A DNA stretch of 64,000 nt from Gemmatimonadales bacterium (GCA_037189525.1 JBBCJC010000001.1:64001-128000), one strand, 5' to 3'; numbered from the stretch's first letter, positions 42,788-53,161 are shown. Notes: generated by a model from the sequence alone, not told the origin. Translations and numbers: made by a program.

Positions 42788-43741
42788 TCAGATCTCCCAG
42801 TTCGACAGGACGATCCCTTCCGCCGGTCTCTGCTCGGGGCAGTCTCCGAGCGACATCCGGAGGTCCGTCCAGTGGGTCCGGAACCCGAGTTCGAGCAGGA
42901 TATCGTACGCCTCGACCAGCGCGGTCTGGCACCGCACCCCGATCCGATGGACGCCGCGCACCGTCGCTGCCACCATGATGCCGTCAATGACGCGACGCAG
43001 CGCCCCCGCATCGACCGCCGCCAGCTTGAGGACCCGGATTTCTTCCGCCGGCCGGCCCTGAGCCAACGGAACATGGTGCCAGAGCGCAAACGCCGACCAC
43101 TCTCCGCCGTCCGCAACGACCGACACGTCACCGATCCCCTGCCCCAGCGTCTCATCGATCTCACGTGAGAAATCGACCCCCGGCGCCAGGCGATCGAAGA
43201 GGCGACGCCCTTCCGCCCTCCAGAGATCGGGCGGGCCGAGCTCCCGGCCTGTGAGCACCGGCACGCCGGCGCCGCGCGGAATCGCCAGCTGCATCGAGAT
43301 GGTCAGATGGCCAGGTCGAAAGCCGAGCCGACTGTAGAAGCCGATGTTGTCGACGGTGCGCGGCATGGTCTCGAGTCCGATGACCCGGCAGCCGCGCTCG
43401 CGGAGGTATTCGATCCCGGCCCGCACGATGCGGCGACCAACACCGCCTCGCTGCAGGTCGGAACGCACGGCCAGCGGCCCCATCCACCCTTCGATGCCTG
43501 ATACGTGCGCAATATTGAAGGCCGCGATCTCCCCGGCCTGATCGCGCCATTGCATGGCGCCGTCGCCCGCCACGGCCAGGGCATACCGCCAGATGGCGGG
43601 ATTGAGGGGCGGCACGCGCACGCCGGTCATCCCGTCCCGATGATATCGTTCGGTAAAGGCATCCGAGAACAGCAGATTGAGGTCGTCGATATCCTCGACC
43701 CGGAGCGGCATCGGCCCCGTCACACGATCACGCCGCGGCAT
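42788..43741 (-). CDS. GNAT-family N-acetyltransferase (tandem GNAT folds)
   Basis: GWMGPLAVRSDLQRGGVGRRIV acetyl-CoA motif, NIGFYSRLGF; second degenerate GNAT half; start overlaps the sbcC end. Confidence 0.88.
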   Translation of the reverse strand: MPRRDRVTGPMPLRVEDIDDLNLLFSDAFTERYHRDGMTGVRVPPLNPAIWRYALAVAGDGAMQWRDQAGEIAAFNIAHVSGIEGWMGPLAVRSDLQRGGVGRRIVRAGIEYLRERGCRVIGLETMPRTVDNIGFYSRLGFRPGHLTISMQLAIPRGAGVPVLTGRELGPPDLWRAEGRRLFDRLAPGVDFSREIDETLGQGIGDVSVVADGGEWSAFALWHHVPLAQGRPAEEIRVLKLAAVDAGALRRVIDGIMVAATVRGVHRIGVRCQTALVEAYDILLELGFRTHWTDLRMSLGDCPEQRPAEGIVLSNWEI

Positions 43742-46157
43742 GGGACATCCCCGATCGCTGCGGATCCTCTTCTCGAGCCGATGCTATCCCCGACTCGACA
43801 TCGTAATCGATCCGGATGATCCGATCGAAATTGTCCCGGACCGACTCGATGTGGGTAATCAGAATGACCTGCGGGAATCGATCGGCCAGACCGCGCAACA
43901 GATCCATCACGGCATTGCGCCGTTCCTCGTCGAGCGACCCAAACACTTCATCGAGGATCAAGAGAGAAAACGGCTGTCCCGCCCGCTCCGCAATCATCTG
44001 GCTGATGGCCAGCCGGAGCGCCAGGTTGGTAACGTCCTCTTCACCGCCCGAAATGACCTGCTTGGGTTCGCCATCATCGACGATGGTGGCCAGGTAATCT
44101 TCGTCGAGCTCCAGATCGGTGTAACGGCCGTTGGTCAGGTCACGCAACAGGGTCGACGCAGCGTCCGCCAGGTCCGGACGCAAGGCGGCATTGAGGTCGT
44201 CCCGCAATTCACTGAAGGCACGATCCAGTTCCTGGTTCATCGCCAGCTCGTTGCGCAACCGCTCCGCCTCGGCCAGACGCCGATCGCGCTCTTCACGCCG
44301 CCGGGCCAGTGCCGCCCGCTGCTCCAGCGCCGCGGCATGTTCAGCCTGCGATCGGACCAGCGCCAGGTGGGCATCGCGCGCTTCCCGCTCACCCGCCTGA
44401 AACGACTCCTTGAGCGCCGCAAAGGCCTCGGCCGACCAGCCCAGCGCCGACAGCTTGTCCCGGAGATCCTGAACCGCCGATTCGAGCTGGCTCAGGTGCT
44501 GCTCCGCCGCAGTGGCCTTCTGGACCAGTTCCGGCGCCCGATCCGCCCGAGCGCCGATCCGCATCATCTCGTCCCGAAGCGGCGCAAGCTCCGCAACACG
44601 GGCGCGCACCCGGCCGTGCTCCGCTTCGTCGTACGACGACGGCGTCGCGGCCAACCGGGCCTCGAGCCCCGCGAGCCGTTCCCGCTGCGCCACCAGCGCC
44701 GCCTCGGTCCGCGCCCGCTCGGCCACCGCCTCCGTCATCCGGCCGACCCCGGCAGTCAATCGCTTGAGTTCCGCCTCGGCCTGCTCCAGCACCCGCTTGG
44801 CCGCCGCCACGCCGTCGGGCTCGCGCGCGAGCTGTTCGATCCGGGCCCGATAGTGCTTGCCGTCGCCTCGGATGTCGGCCAGACGCCCTTCCAGATCATC
44901 GAGTACGCCGCCGTACTCCGCACCGAGCGGTTTGCCGCAAGTCGGGCAAATGCCGGCGGCACCGGCTGCTTCAAGCCGCGCCTTCTGCTCCGCCACCTCT
45001 TCGTACTCGTTGAGCAGCCCCTTCCGCATGGTCTCGGCGTCCTGCTTTTCGCGGACCCACTCGGTCCGCTGCTCCTCGAACGCATGCGCCGCCTGGTGCG
45101 CACTTTCCTGCAAAGTCGCCAATTCGAGCCGAACCGCATCGAGACGGGCCTGATCGGGGAGTTCGCTCAATCGCGCCTCCTGGCCCGCCAGGAGCTTGCG
45201 GATCTCGGCCGCCTGCGCATCCAGCGCGCGCCGCTCGGAGAACGCCGAGGCCGCCCGCTCGAGCTCGTCGCGTCGGGTCACCAGCGTATCCCATTCGGCC
45301 AGCCGAGGCGCCAGTTCGTCCCGCTTGGCGCTGGCCGCAAGCGCCTCGGCCAGATCCCGATCGATCGCTTCGCAGGCGCGTTTCGCCTCGACCGCGGCAT
45401 GTTCGGCAATGCTCAGGTCAGCCTGAATGGCCGCAACCTCATCACGGCGGCGCTGAGCCTCCTCCCATTCGGGCGCCAGCGAGGCCAGCACGGCATCGGC
45501 GGTCTCGCGCCGGGACCCCGCCGTGCCCAGCGCCGTGCTCGCTGCGGTGACCCGCGCTTCGATCTCCGCCGCCTCGCGGTCGAGTTCCGCCAGGTCGCCC
45601 AGGGCCGACTCCGCCACGCCTAACGCCCCCCGAAGACCGGTTCGCTCATCACGTAGCGTCAACTGGACCGTGGCCAGCCGCTCGTACCCGAGCACCCGGC
45701 TCAGGAACTTGGCGCGCTCGGGCGCCGACATCGCCGCCATGATGGCGAGTTCTTTCTGCCCCGTGAAATAGGTATTGAAGAACTCTGCTCGCGTCATGCC
45801 GAGCAGGCGGGTGATCTTGTCCGTGACGGCGGGACCGCTGTTGGCGATCGGCGCGGGACCGCCATCCTGATAGAGGGCCGCCGTCTGCAGCGAGCGCACC
45901 ATCCGGTAGGTGTGAGCCCCGATCGCGATCTCGAGTTCGACTTCCACCCGGGAGCGCGGCGGCGCGTTCCGGCGCCGGATACTGTCCCGGGTGCCTCGCG
46001 CCGCCTGGGTGCCGTACATCGCCCAGGCTACCGCCTCGAGCAGCGTGGATTTCCCCGCGCCGTTCGGTCCGATGATCCCGGTCAGGCCCGAATCGAAGTC
46101 GAGCGTGGTATCGGCATGCTGCCGGAAATTGAGCAGGCGGAGACGGCGGATCTGCAT
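43728..46157 (-). CDS. sbcC: SbcC/Rad50-like SMC ATPase
   Basis: LRLLNFRQH, Walker A GPNGAGKS, coiled coils with central zinc hook CPTC, signature ISGGE, Walker B/D-loop LILDEVFGSLD, ITH; ATG 46157. Confidence 0.93.
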   Translation of the reverse strand: MQIRRLRLLNFRQHADTTLDFDSGLTGIIGPNGAGKSTLLEAVAWAMYGTQAARGTRDSIRRRNAPPRSRVEVELEIAIGAHTYRMVRSLQTAALYQDGGPAPIANSGPAVTDKITRLLGMTRAEFFNTYFTGQKELAIMAAMSAPERAKFLSRVLGYERLATVQLTLRDERTGLRGALGVAESALGDLAELDREAAEIEARVTAASTALGTAGSRRETADAVLASLAPEWEEAQRRRDEVAAIQADLSIAEHAAVEAKRACEAIDRDLAEALAASAKRDELAPRLAEWDTLVTRRDELERAASAFSERRALDAQAAEIRKLLAGQEARLSELPDQARLDAVRLELATLQESAHQAAHAFEEQRTEWVREKQDAETMRKGLLNEYEEVAEQKARLEAAGAAGICPTCGKPLGAEYGGVLDDLEGRLADIRGDGKHYRARIEQLAREPDGVAAAKRVLEQAEAELKRLTAGVGRMTEAVAERARTEAALVAQRERLAGLEARLAATPSSYDEAEHGRVRARVAELAPLRDEMMRIGARADRAPELVQKATAAEQHLSQLESAVQDLRDKLSALGWSAEAFAALKESFQAGEREARDAHLALVRSQAEHAAALEQRAALARRREERDRRLAEAERLRNELAMNQELDRAFSELRDDLNAALRPDLADAASTLLRDLTNGRYTDLELDEDYLATIVDDGEPKQVISGGEEDVTNLALRLAISQMIAERAGQPFSLLILDEVFGSLDEERRNAVMDLLRGLADRFPQVILITHIESVRDNFDRIIRIDYDVESGIASAREEDPQRSGMSHAAA

Positions 46158-47335
46158 CAGCCCTCCGACTCCGCCGTCGAGACCGCGTCGAGCATCGCGG
46201 TGCCGCGCGTTACGAACGCATCCCGGTCGACCCGTTCCGGCAACGGCCGGCGGGCAAGAAAGCTGCGCAGCACGTCCGTCAACGTCTGCCGCGCGCCGGG
46301 TGCGCCAACCCCGACCGTGCGATGGACATCGGGTCGCCGCAGATCGAGGCGAAAGTGCAGCGCGGTGGCCTTGGCCGCCCGAATCGCCGCGTGATCCAGC
46401 TCCCGGGCGACATACCGCGGCACGTCCCGCACGACGAGGCGGACCAGCTGGTCGGCAAACCCGCCGCGAATACCGGCCAACCGCTCCTGAATGGCGCGAT
46501 CGATTTCCGATGCCGCCAGATCCCGGGCTTCGATCGGCGGCAAGTCGATCAAGCGCCGAGCAGGCTCGAGGTACTGGGGCATGACCTGGCGGGTTTCGAG
46601 GTCGACCAGGAGCCACCCCTTGGCGGGCACCTTGTGCGCCTTCTGCTTGGCCAGCTCGCCCCAGGGGTTCGGGGTGACATAATCGAGCGCCCCCGAATAC
46701 CAGGCATGTCGCCCCACCTGCAACATGACGTGATAGTGACCGAGCGCGACATGACTCCACCGTGGATCGGCAAACTCGCTCGGATCGACGGCCGCCCCGC
46801 CCGGTTCGGCCCACCAGCGATCGAGCGGGTCGAGATCGGGGGTGTCGCCGTGCAGCACGAGCACGTGGTACTTGAAATCGCCCTCCGGATCGAGCCGCGG
46901 CCGGTCATCCGCGACCAGCGCGGCGTGGGGGACGAGTTTGACCGCGAGATCCAGATCGGGATACGGGACGACGACGGCATCGTCCGTGGCCACCTCGATG
47001 CCCAGACCCGAGAAAAGTTTGAGGATCGACCCCGTCTCGGTGGCCCGAGGCGTATCGTGGTTGCCGGCCGCGATCAGTACCTTGGTCGCCGGCAAGGCCT
47101 CGCGGATCCGCTGGAACTGCCGGAAACAGTGGATAATGGCCTGATTGGTCGGGCGGACCGCGTGGAAGAGGTCGCCGGCGACGACGATGACGTCGGGCCG
47201 CTTGGCAATGACCTGATCGACGGCCTGGACGAAGGCACGCGCGACATCGGCCTCTCGCTGGTTGATACCCGCAGCGGTTTGGCGGTAATACTGGCGGTAG
47301 CCGAGATGCAGATCGGCGAGGTGAGCGAGCAGCAC
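46157..47335 (-). CDS. sbcD: SbcD/Mre11-like metallophosphoesterase nuclease
   Basis: HLADLHLG, AGDLFH, AGNHD, LHG, ALGHYH; TGATG coupling to sbcC. Confidence 0.95.
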   Translation of the reverse strand: MLLAHLADLHLGYRQYYRQTAAGINQREADVARAFVQAVDQVIAKRPDVIVVAGDLFHAVRPTNQAIIHCFRQFQRIREALPATKVLIAAGNHDTPRATETGSILKLFSGLGIEVATDDAVVVPYPDLDLAVKLVPHAALVADDRPRLDPEGDFKYHVLVLHGDTPDLDPLDRWWAEPGGAAVDPSEFADPRWSHVALGHYHVMLQVGRHAWYSGALDYVTPNPWGELAKQKAHKVPAKGWLLVDLETRQVMPQYLEPARRLIDLPPIEARDLAASEIDRAIQERLAGIRGGFADQLVRLVVRDVPRYVARELDHAAIRAAKATALHFRLDLRRPDVHRTVGVGAPGARQTLTDVLRSFLARRPLPERVDRDAFVTRGTAMLDAVSTAESEG

Positions 47336-47433
47336 GGTCTAATCTAGCCCAAGTGCCGGGTTACGGTCACCTCGTTCGGACGGAAACGGCGGGAGACCGG
47401 ACCACCCCTCGAGCGGGCGGATCCGGCAGGCAA

Positions 47434-49347
47434 TCAGGCATAGGGATCGTCGACGCTTTTGAGCCGGGTCACGCCACCATCGGTCGGCGCCACCGAACGG
47501 GTCCGCACTTCCCGCCCTAGACATTTGATGAAGAACGCCACCACGTCTCCCGGCCGGTTGCGGATGGTGGCATGCAACGCCCGCACCACGTCGTCCTCCG
47601 CCCGGCCGGCAATCAGATCTTTGATCCGGTTGCCAGGCAGACCCGAATCGAGGGCCCGGAGCCGGCGCACCACCGCATCTTCGAACGGAACCTCGGGTTC
47701 CGGCGGATAGCGATCGATGCCCTCTCGGCCCGAGAGCACCGAGGGTCGCGGAAAGCGGAGAAAAATCGGCTGCGTGAAGTGCGGGTGACGGATCATTAGC
47801 TCACCCTTGGGCAGCGCGGCCAGCTTGGCCTTGATGGCCGGCGAGAGGATGCCGTACCCGGGGGTCGCGAGCTCGTCGGCATCGAGTCGTCCGTAGACCG
47901 CGGTACCCGCGTTGCCGACAACCCGCTTGTGCACCTGGGATCGGAATTGCTGCGCCGAGAAGAGCACGAGGCCGAGATACCGACCCCGCTCGGAAAGGTC
48001 GAGCAGCATCTTCCGAACGTAGGTGTCGGGCCCTTCCTGCGGAGCGTACTTGTTCAGCTCATCGACGAAGACCGCGACATGTTCGACGCCCAGGTCCCGG
48101 CGCTCCAGGTGTTCGCGCAACTTGGAAACGATCCGCGCAAAAACCAGATCCTGCGCCAGCGGGTCGAGACCGGCGACGTCGACCACATAGACCGTCCGGT
48201 CGCCGAACTCGCCCCAGGGAAGATCGTTGACTTCACCGTTGTCGGTGACCAGGCCTTTGGAGCGGGTGCTGATGTTGCCGAGCCGGTTGCGGATCTTCCG
48301 GATGGTGGCGACGTGATGGGTGCGCCAGATCTCGCCACCCCGCGAGAGTTCCAGAAACTGGAAGATCGACTTGAAGAAGTCCTCCAGCTCCGCAAAGCTG
48401 CGCACCGAGAACGTCTTGCCCGACAGCTCGTCGTGAAATTCCTTCCCGACCACCCGTTCGGCCAGGAAGTCGATGAAGCCGTCGGCCTTGGCGTCGATGT
48501 CGTCGCGATTGAGCAGCACTTCGGTGTAGTCGAGCACCTCGCGCAGACCCCAGACCAGCGGCTCGGTCGGGACCAGCTCCTGGTTGGTCCGCAGCGTATT
48601 GAGATTGACGCCGTCGTTCTTGAACGGGGCAAAGTACCGCACCTTACCGAACGGGGCCGGCTCGAGGCCGAGCCGCTGATAAAGGCGGCGATCTTCGTCG
48701 TCGAGGGTGCCCTGCCGGTCGAGGAAGAGGAGGTCAGGCCCCTTCACATTGAAGCAGAGCGCCGCGACCCGTCCCTTGTGCGCCGGAAACTGCTGGAAGA
48801 TCGAGGTGAGGAAGAACTCGACCGCCGAGGTCTTGGTGGCCAAACCGGAGACGCCCGTAATGTTGAGATGCGCAGCTTCCGGGCCGAGCAGGAAGTCGGC
48901 GTCGAGATAGACCGGGGCTTCGAGACCGCCGGCTGCGTAGACCCCGACCGGCACCCCGGTCGGCTTGTCGCCGCCGATGTAGGCGTCCATCCGGAGCGCA
49001 AAGGCCACGTCCGCATCCGAGGCGAGATGGACTTCGCCCAGCGGCACCGCCTGGAGCGGCTCCTCGGGCTCGTGGCGCAGCACGGCGGTCTGGAAAAGGC
49101 GGATCTCGCTCCGCTCGCTGGGCTCGACCGGGCTGTTGGGATCGCCGTCGGCGCCGTAGACCGCGTCCATGGGCGTGGCCAGGTCCGAATAGGCAAACGC
49201 ATCGGTCACCACCCCATAGACCGTGCGTCCCGGCGACTCGACCCGGACGATGGAACCGATGCCCACGGCCGTGTCCCGCGCCGTCCAGAACAGGAACTGA
49301 TGGGGCGTACTCGGCTTGAGTTCCGTCGCAACGACGCGTCCGATCAT
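47434..49347 (-). CDS. herA: HerA-like FtsK/HerA ATPase (HAS barrel + ATPase)
   Basis: N-terminal IGRVV..P....F HAS-like barrel; HLNITGVSGLATKTS Walker A variant; FNVKG.D; VFVDELNKYAP Walker B; ERGRYLGL.L..AQQ arginine finger and Gln motif. Confidence 0.88.
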   Translation of the reverse strand: MIGRVVATELKPSTPHQFLFWTARDTAVGIGSIVRVESPGRTVYGVVTDAFAYSDLATPMDAVYGADGDPNSPVEPSERSEIRLFQTAVLRHEPEEPLQAVPLGEVHLASDADVAFALRMDAYIGGDKPTGVPVGVYAAGGLEAPVYLDADFLLGPEAAHLNITGVSGLATKTSAVEFFLTSIFQQFPAHKGRVAALCFNVKGPDLLFLDRQGTLDDEDRRLYQRLGLEPAPFGKVRYFAPFKNDGVNLNTLRTNQELVPTEPLVWGLREVLDYTEVLLNRDDIDAKADGFIDFLAERVVGKEFHDELSGKTFSVRSFAELEDFFKSIFQFLELSRGGEIWRTHHVATIRKIRNRLGNISTRSKGLVTDNGEVNDLPWGEFGDRTVYVVDVAGLDPLAQDLVFARIVSKLREHLERRDLGVEHVAVFVDELNKYAPQEGPDTYVRKMLLDLSERGRYLGLVLFSAQQFRSQVHKRVVGNAGTAVYGRLDADELATPGYGILSPAIKAKLAALPKGELMIRHPHFTQPIFLRFPRPSVLSGREGIDRYPPEPEVPFEDAVVRRLRALDSGLPGNRIKDLIAGRAEDDVVRALHATIRNRPGDVVAFFIKCLGREVRTRSVAPTDGGVTRLKSVDDPYA

Positions 49348-50270
49348 CGCGCCCTCAAATGGCGTTCGACCTGGGCCACGCCGTACAGCAGCCGATCCCA
49401 CCGCGCATCCGGCCGGGCCAGCGGCGCCCGCTCGGCGAGCAACCAGGACGAAATCCGATCGGCGCGCAGGGTCGGATCGCCATGCGCAGCAACTTCGATG
49501 CGCACCAGGCCGTGGAAGAGGTCCTTGCCCTCGTGCGGCCAGAGCCTGAGCGCCCAGGAATGCACCGGCGCCGGGTGGTTCCCCGTCGCCTGAAAGACAC
49601 TGGTCCGATGACCGCGCGGCAGCGTGAGATAGGTGGTGACACTGGCCCGCTCCTCGAACGGGAGCGTGGCGTGGCTCTTGGAGACGCCGATCATCTGCGG
49701 ATCGGCGGCTAGCGTCATGTCGGGCAAGACTCCGTCGATGACGAGCCAGTCTGCGTTGTCACGCCGAAATGCCGCCGCGACCTGCCGCTCCAGCATACTG
49801 CGATGGAAGTCGACCGACTTGTGGATCAGTTCGAGTTCCTGGAGCGGATGCTCGGGCCCATCGAGGTCCAATTCGACGGGGCGCCACTCGGGCAACCGGC
49901 CTCTGAAAGCGACGAGCGCCTCGGGGCTCCCGATCAGGTAGCGGCCCGCGTCGTGCGCGACGGTGCGAAACCGTCCGTCCACCCGCAATCGCACGGCGGC
50001 GCCGACCACCGCCGCCGCGACCGGCGCGGTCCCGACATAGCCGACGACCTCGTACCGCTGCGTCCCATCCAGAAAGGCCAGCGGCTCTGGGCACGGAGTC
50101 CGGATCACCTCATACGTAGCTAGCGTAGAACCTTCGACCAGAGTCGACTGGACCCGGTGGTAGGCATCGGGTCGCCCCTCGACGGCCGGCGGCATGGTCG
50201 AGGCCGCGACGACGCCGGGGGTACCATCGACCGCCCGGCGCACTCGTGCAAAGAGGAGCCGCGTGCTCAC
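49344..50270 (-). CDS. nurA: NurA-like RNase H-fold nuclease
   Basis: AFLDGTQR, MLE, WLVIDG.L, IGVSKSH, SW.LRL, D.RW..LLY....E; ATGA overlap with herA. Confidence 0.78.
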   Translation of the reverse strand: MSTRLLFARVRRAVDGTPGVVAASTMPPAVEGRPDAYHRVQSTLVEGSTLATYEVIRTPCPEPLAFLDGTQRYEVVGYVGTAPVAAAVVGAAVRLRVDGRFRTVAHDAGRYLIGSPEALVAFRGRLPEWRPVELDLDGPEHPLQELELIHKSVDFHRSMLERQVAAAFRRDNADWLVIDGVLPDMTLAADPQMIGVSKSHATLPFEERASVTTYLTLPRGHRTSVFQATGNHPAPVHSWALRLWPHEGKDLFHGLVRIEVAAHGDPTLRADRISSWLLAERAPLARPDARWDRLLYGVAQVERHLRAR

Positions 50271-51493
50271 ACCCCGCCCGCTTCGAACTCCGCGATGCAG
50301 CGCATCAACCGATGAATCGCTTTCTCCAGATCTTTGTCGGACGCCGCGTACGACAGCCGGACCCAGCGATCATCACCGAACGCCGCACCGGGAACCGACG
50401 CTACCCCATGCTCGGTGAGCAGCCGCTCGCAGAACTTGGTTCCGGTCACCACCGGCTTCTGGCGAATCCCGTCGACCCGGAAGAACAGGTAGAACGCCCC
50501 CAGCGGCTCGACGAATTCGATCCCGGGCGCTTCGGTGCGGAACCGCTCCACCAGCCGATCGCGGCGGCGGCGGAAAGCGGCCGTCATCTTGACCACTTCC
50601 TGTTCGACCTTGGGGTCGGAAAAGGCCGCGGCTGCCGCCACCTGGGCAGGATGATTGGCGCCGGTCGTCGTGTGCGACTGCAGATTGGCCATGGCTTTGA
50701 CGATCGACGGCGGCGCGTAGGCAGCGCCGATCCGCCAGCCGGTCATCGCGTACGCCTTGCTGGCGCCGTAGATGACGACGGTCTTCTCGAGGTACTCGTC
50801 CGGCAGATCGAAAAAGGACGGGGCCGATCCCGGTCCGTAGTAGATCCGGCGGTAGATTTCGTCGCTGATGACCCAGATGTTGTGCTTCCGGGCCCAGTCG
50901 CCGATGGCGCGGAGTTCGGAGAGGGTGTAAACCGCGCCGGTCGGGTTGCACGGCGAGCAGAGAATGATCCCGCGCACCAGCTTGTCGAAGTGCCGGTCGA
51001 GATCTTTGACGCTGACTTTGAGCCCCCACTCCACTTCGCCCGGCACCATCACCGGTTCGGCCCGCGACAGATGCACGATCTGCGGATACGAGACCCAGGC
51101 GGGCGACGGAATCAGCACCTTGTCCTTGGGCCCGAACAGTGAGAAGCAGGCGTTGAAGAGCGACTGCTTCGATCCCGAGCTGATCACGAACCGATCGGGG
51201 TCGACCGCACGGCCACCCGACATCTGGCTCAAGTGCGTCGCCATGGCATTCCGGAGCTCGGGAATGCCGACGTTGGGCGGATACCGGGTCTGCCCTTTCT
51301 GGATCGCCTGGATTCCCGCTTGCGCCACCGGCGCCGGCGTGTCGAAGTCCGGTTCTCCCACACTCAGGTCGACCACGTCCTTGCCCAACCCGCGCAAACG
51401 GCGGGCTTCGGCGTTGATGGCGACCGTTTCGGAGCCTTTGATGTGGGTCAGATTGCTGGACACGGGATCGGGGAGGCGAAGCACCTTCGTCAC
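50267..51493 (-). CDS. PLP-dependent class I/II aminotransferase (aspartate aminotransferase-like)
   Basis: GEPDFDTP, GSKQSLFN, SPCNPTG, SDEIY, SKAYAMTGWRIG (PLP lysine), VRLSYA. Confidence 0.95.
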   Translation of the reverse strand: MTKVLRLPDPVSSNLTHIKGSETVAINAEARRLRGLGKDVVDLSVGEPDFDTPAPVAQAGIQAIQKGQTRYPPNVGIPELRNAMATHLSQMSGGRAVDPDRFVISSGSKQSLFNACFSLFGPKDKVLIPSPAWVSYPQIVHLSRAEPVMVPGEVEWGLKVSVKDLDRHFDKLVRGIILCSPCNPTGAVYTLSELRAIGDWARKHNIWVISDEIYRRIYYGPGSAPSFFDLPDEYLEKTVVIYGASKAYAMTGWRIGAAYAPPSIVKAMANLQSHTTTGANHPAQVAAAAAFSDPKVEQEVVKMTAAFRRRRDRLVERFRTEAPGIEFVEPLGAFYLFFRVDGIRQKPVVTGTKFCERLLTEHGVASVPGAAFGDDRWVRLSYAASDKDLEKAIHRLMRCIAEFEAGGV

Positions 51494-51642
51494 GGGAATT
51501 TGCTCGGGAAGTTGAGGTTTCGCGAAGGTTCGTGGGTTGCCCGAGCGAAGTCAATGTTAGATTACAGTGTTACGCTGAAGACCGGTGCGGTTGGGCCGCA
51601 GCCGGGCGTAATGAGCCGTTTTCATTGACAATCGAGGTGCCC

Positions 51643-53100
51643 GTGTCCGACGTCGAATCGACCAACCCGCCGGTGAGCGGGTCGCTGGAAGCCTTTGGGG
51701 TAGCGTCCGCCGCAGCCGTAGCCGCTCGCGGCAACAGTCTCGTACTGGGCGCCCCTCCTGCCCCGGCCTACGCCCTTCCCGTCCTCGCCGCCCTGCTCGG
51801 GCGCCCGGCCGAATCGGCCGAGACAGGACCGGTCCTGGTCATCGCACCGGATGCAGCCCTCGAAGCCTGGGGCCAGGCCATCGCATTGGCCGGCCGGCAG
51901 GCCAACGTCACGGTCGCCGTCGCGCCCAATCCGAGCCGGGCAGCGCATCACCTGACGGCCAGCCGCGTGTCCGCCCTGGTCCTCTCCCTCGCCACTGCCA
52001 CCGAACTGCTCCGCCGCAGCCAGCTGCGCACCGACCTGATGCGGGGCGTGGTGATCGTCTGGCCCGAGCTGGAACTGGACGACGAGGGCTTCGTGCCGAT
52101 CTTTGCCGACCTGCCCAAGGAAACCCAGCGGATCATCATCACCACCGACCCCGCGGGCACCACCGCCTTCGCGGAGCGCTACGCTTGGCGCGCACCGACG
52201 ATGGGCCCTCTCGCCAATCCGACCCAGCCGGCACCGGTCGGCCGGGCACGCGGCGCGGCCGTTCGCTGGGACGACCGGATTGCCGCCGTGGCGCGCGCCG
52301 CCGACCTGCTCAATCTGGACGAAGTCGAGGTCTGGACCGCGTCGACCGATTCGCACCAGGCGCTGACCGAGCGACTCGCCAGCCATGGCGTGACCGCCCG
52401 GCCGGTTGCCGGCACCATTCCGGCCGGACCCGCCACCATCTTTTTCGACGCTCCGCCGCCGGAACTGCTGGGCCAGGCCGCGCTCGACCAGAGCGTCGTC
52501 CTGATTGCCCCGGGCGCGGAACGGTACTTTGCCCGGATCGTGGGCCGAGTCGACCCGCTGACCCTGCCGGGCGGACTCGACCAGGCCGAACGCGCCATCC
52601 AGGACGATCGCCGCGCCATCCGCTCCCGGCTGGAAGGCCCGATCGATCGGGGCGCATACGCGACGGTCGCGCCGTTGCTCGACCGCTGGAGCGGCGCCGA
52701 GGTGGCCGTCGCGGTGCAGAGCCTTTGGATCGAAGCGCGCACCAAGGCGCCCGCACCCGCCGTACCCGCGGCCCCGCAGCAGTCGGCCCACCCCAAGGTC
52801 TGGATCAATCTGGGCCGCAAAGACGGGGCAACCCCGGCCGAACTGCTCAGCGTGGTCCTCGGCGCCGGGATCAAGCGCGACACGCTCGGCCGGCTCGAAC
52901 TCCGGGACGGGTTCTCCCTGATCGAGATGACCAGCGAATTCGATGCGATCAACGCGGCCGAGAAGCTGGCCGGGCATGAGTACAAGGGCCGGCGGCTGGC
53001 GGCGAGACTCGACCGGACCCGCGAAAGCGACTCACGTGGCGGCCCGCCGCGCGACCGCAAGCCGCGAGAAGGTGGCCGTCCGCCGCGCCGACCGGCTTGA
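51643..53100 (+). CDS. Degenerate DEAD-box-helicase-like protein with C-terminal DbpA RNA-binding domain
   Basis: C-terminal [14 protein letters not shown]....GI....[13 protein letters not shown] plus Arg/Pro-rich tail. The N-terminus follows the DeaD layout ([32 protein letters not shown]) but has no GKT, DEAD, SAT or HRIGR. Start GTG 51643 after GAGG. Confidence 0.72.
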   Translation: MSDVESTNPPVSGSLEAFGVASAAAVAARGNSLVLGAPPAPAYALPVLAALLGRPAESAETGPVLVIAPDAALEAWGQAIALAGRQANVTVAVAPNPSRAAHHLTASRVSALVLSLATATELLRRSQLRTDLMRGVVIVWPELELDDEGFVPIFADLPKETQRIIITTDPAGTTAFAERYAWRAPTMGPLANPTQPAPVGRARGAAVRWDDRIAAVARAADLLNLDEVEVWTASTDSHQALTERLASHGVTARPVAGTIPAGPATIFFDAPPPELLGQAALDQSVVLIAPGAERYFARIVGRVDPLTLPGGLDQAERAIQDDRRAIRSRLEGPIDRGAYATVAPLLDRWSGAEVAVAVQSLWIEARTKAPAPAVPAAPQQSAHPKVWINLGRKDGATPAELLSVVLGAGIKRDTLGRLELRDGFSLIEMTSEFDAINAAEKLAGHEYKGRRLAARLDRTRESDSRGGPPRDRKPREGGRPPRRPA

Positions 53101-53125
53101 CCCGGTCCGGCCGGCCATCTATCGT
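53097..53125 (+). promoter_or_regulatory. Putative sigma70 promoter of tdk-coaE
   Basis: TTGACC (53097-102, includes the upstream TGA stop), 17 nt, TATCGT (53120-25). Confidence 0.65.
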
Positions 53126-53161
53126 CGGACTCCTTCTCGCCCGAACCCCAGGAAAGCGCGG

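Noticed and set aside
47434..50270. HerA-based anti-phage system (Sir2-HerA or DUF4297-HerA type)
   Set aside because: The partner looks like NurA, neighbours are sbcCD and housekeeping genes, and no defence-island features are visible; repair is the simpler reading, though defence is not excluded.
51625..51630. Perfect TTGACA before the DeaD-like gene
   Set aside because: Only 12 nt upstream of the start codon, with no -10 at a suitable distance.
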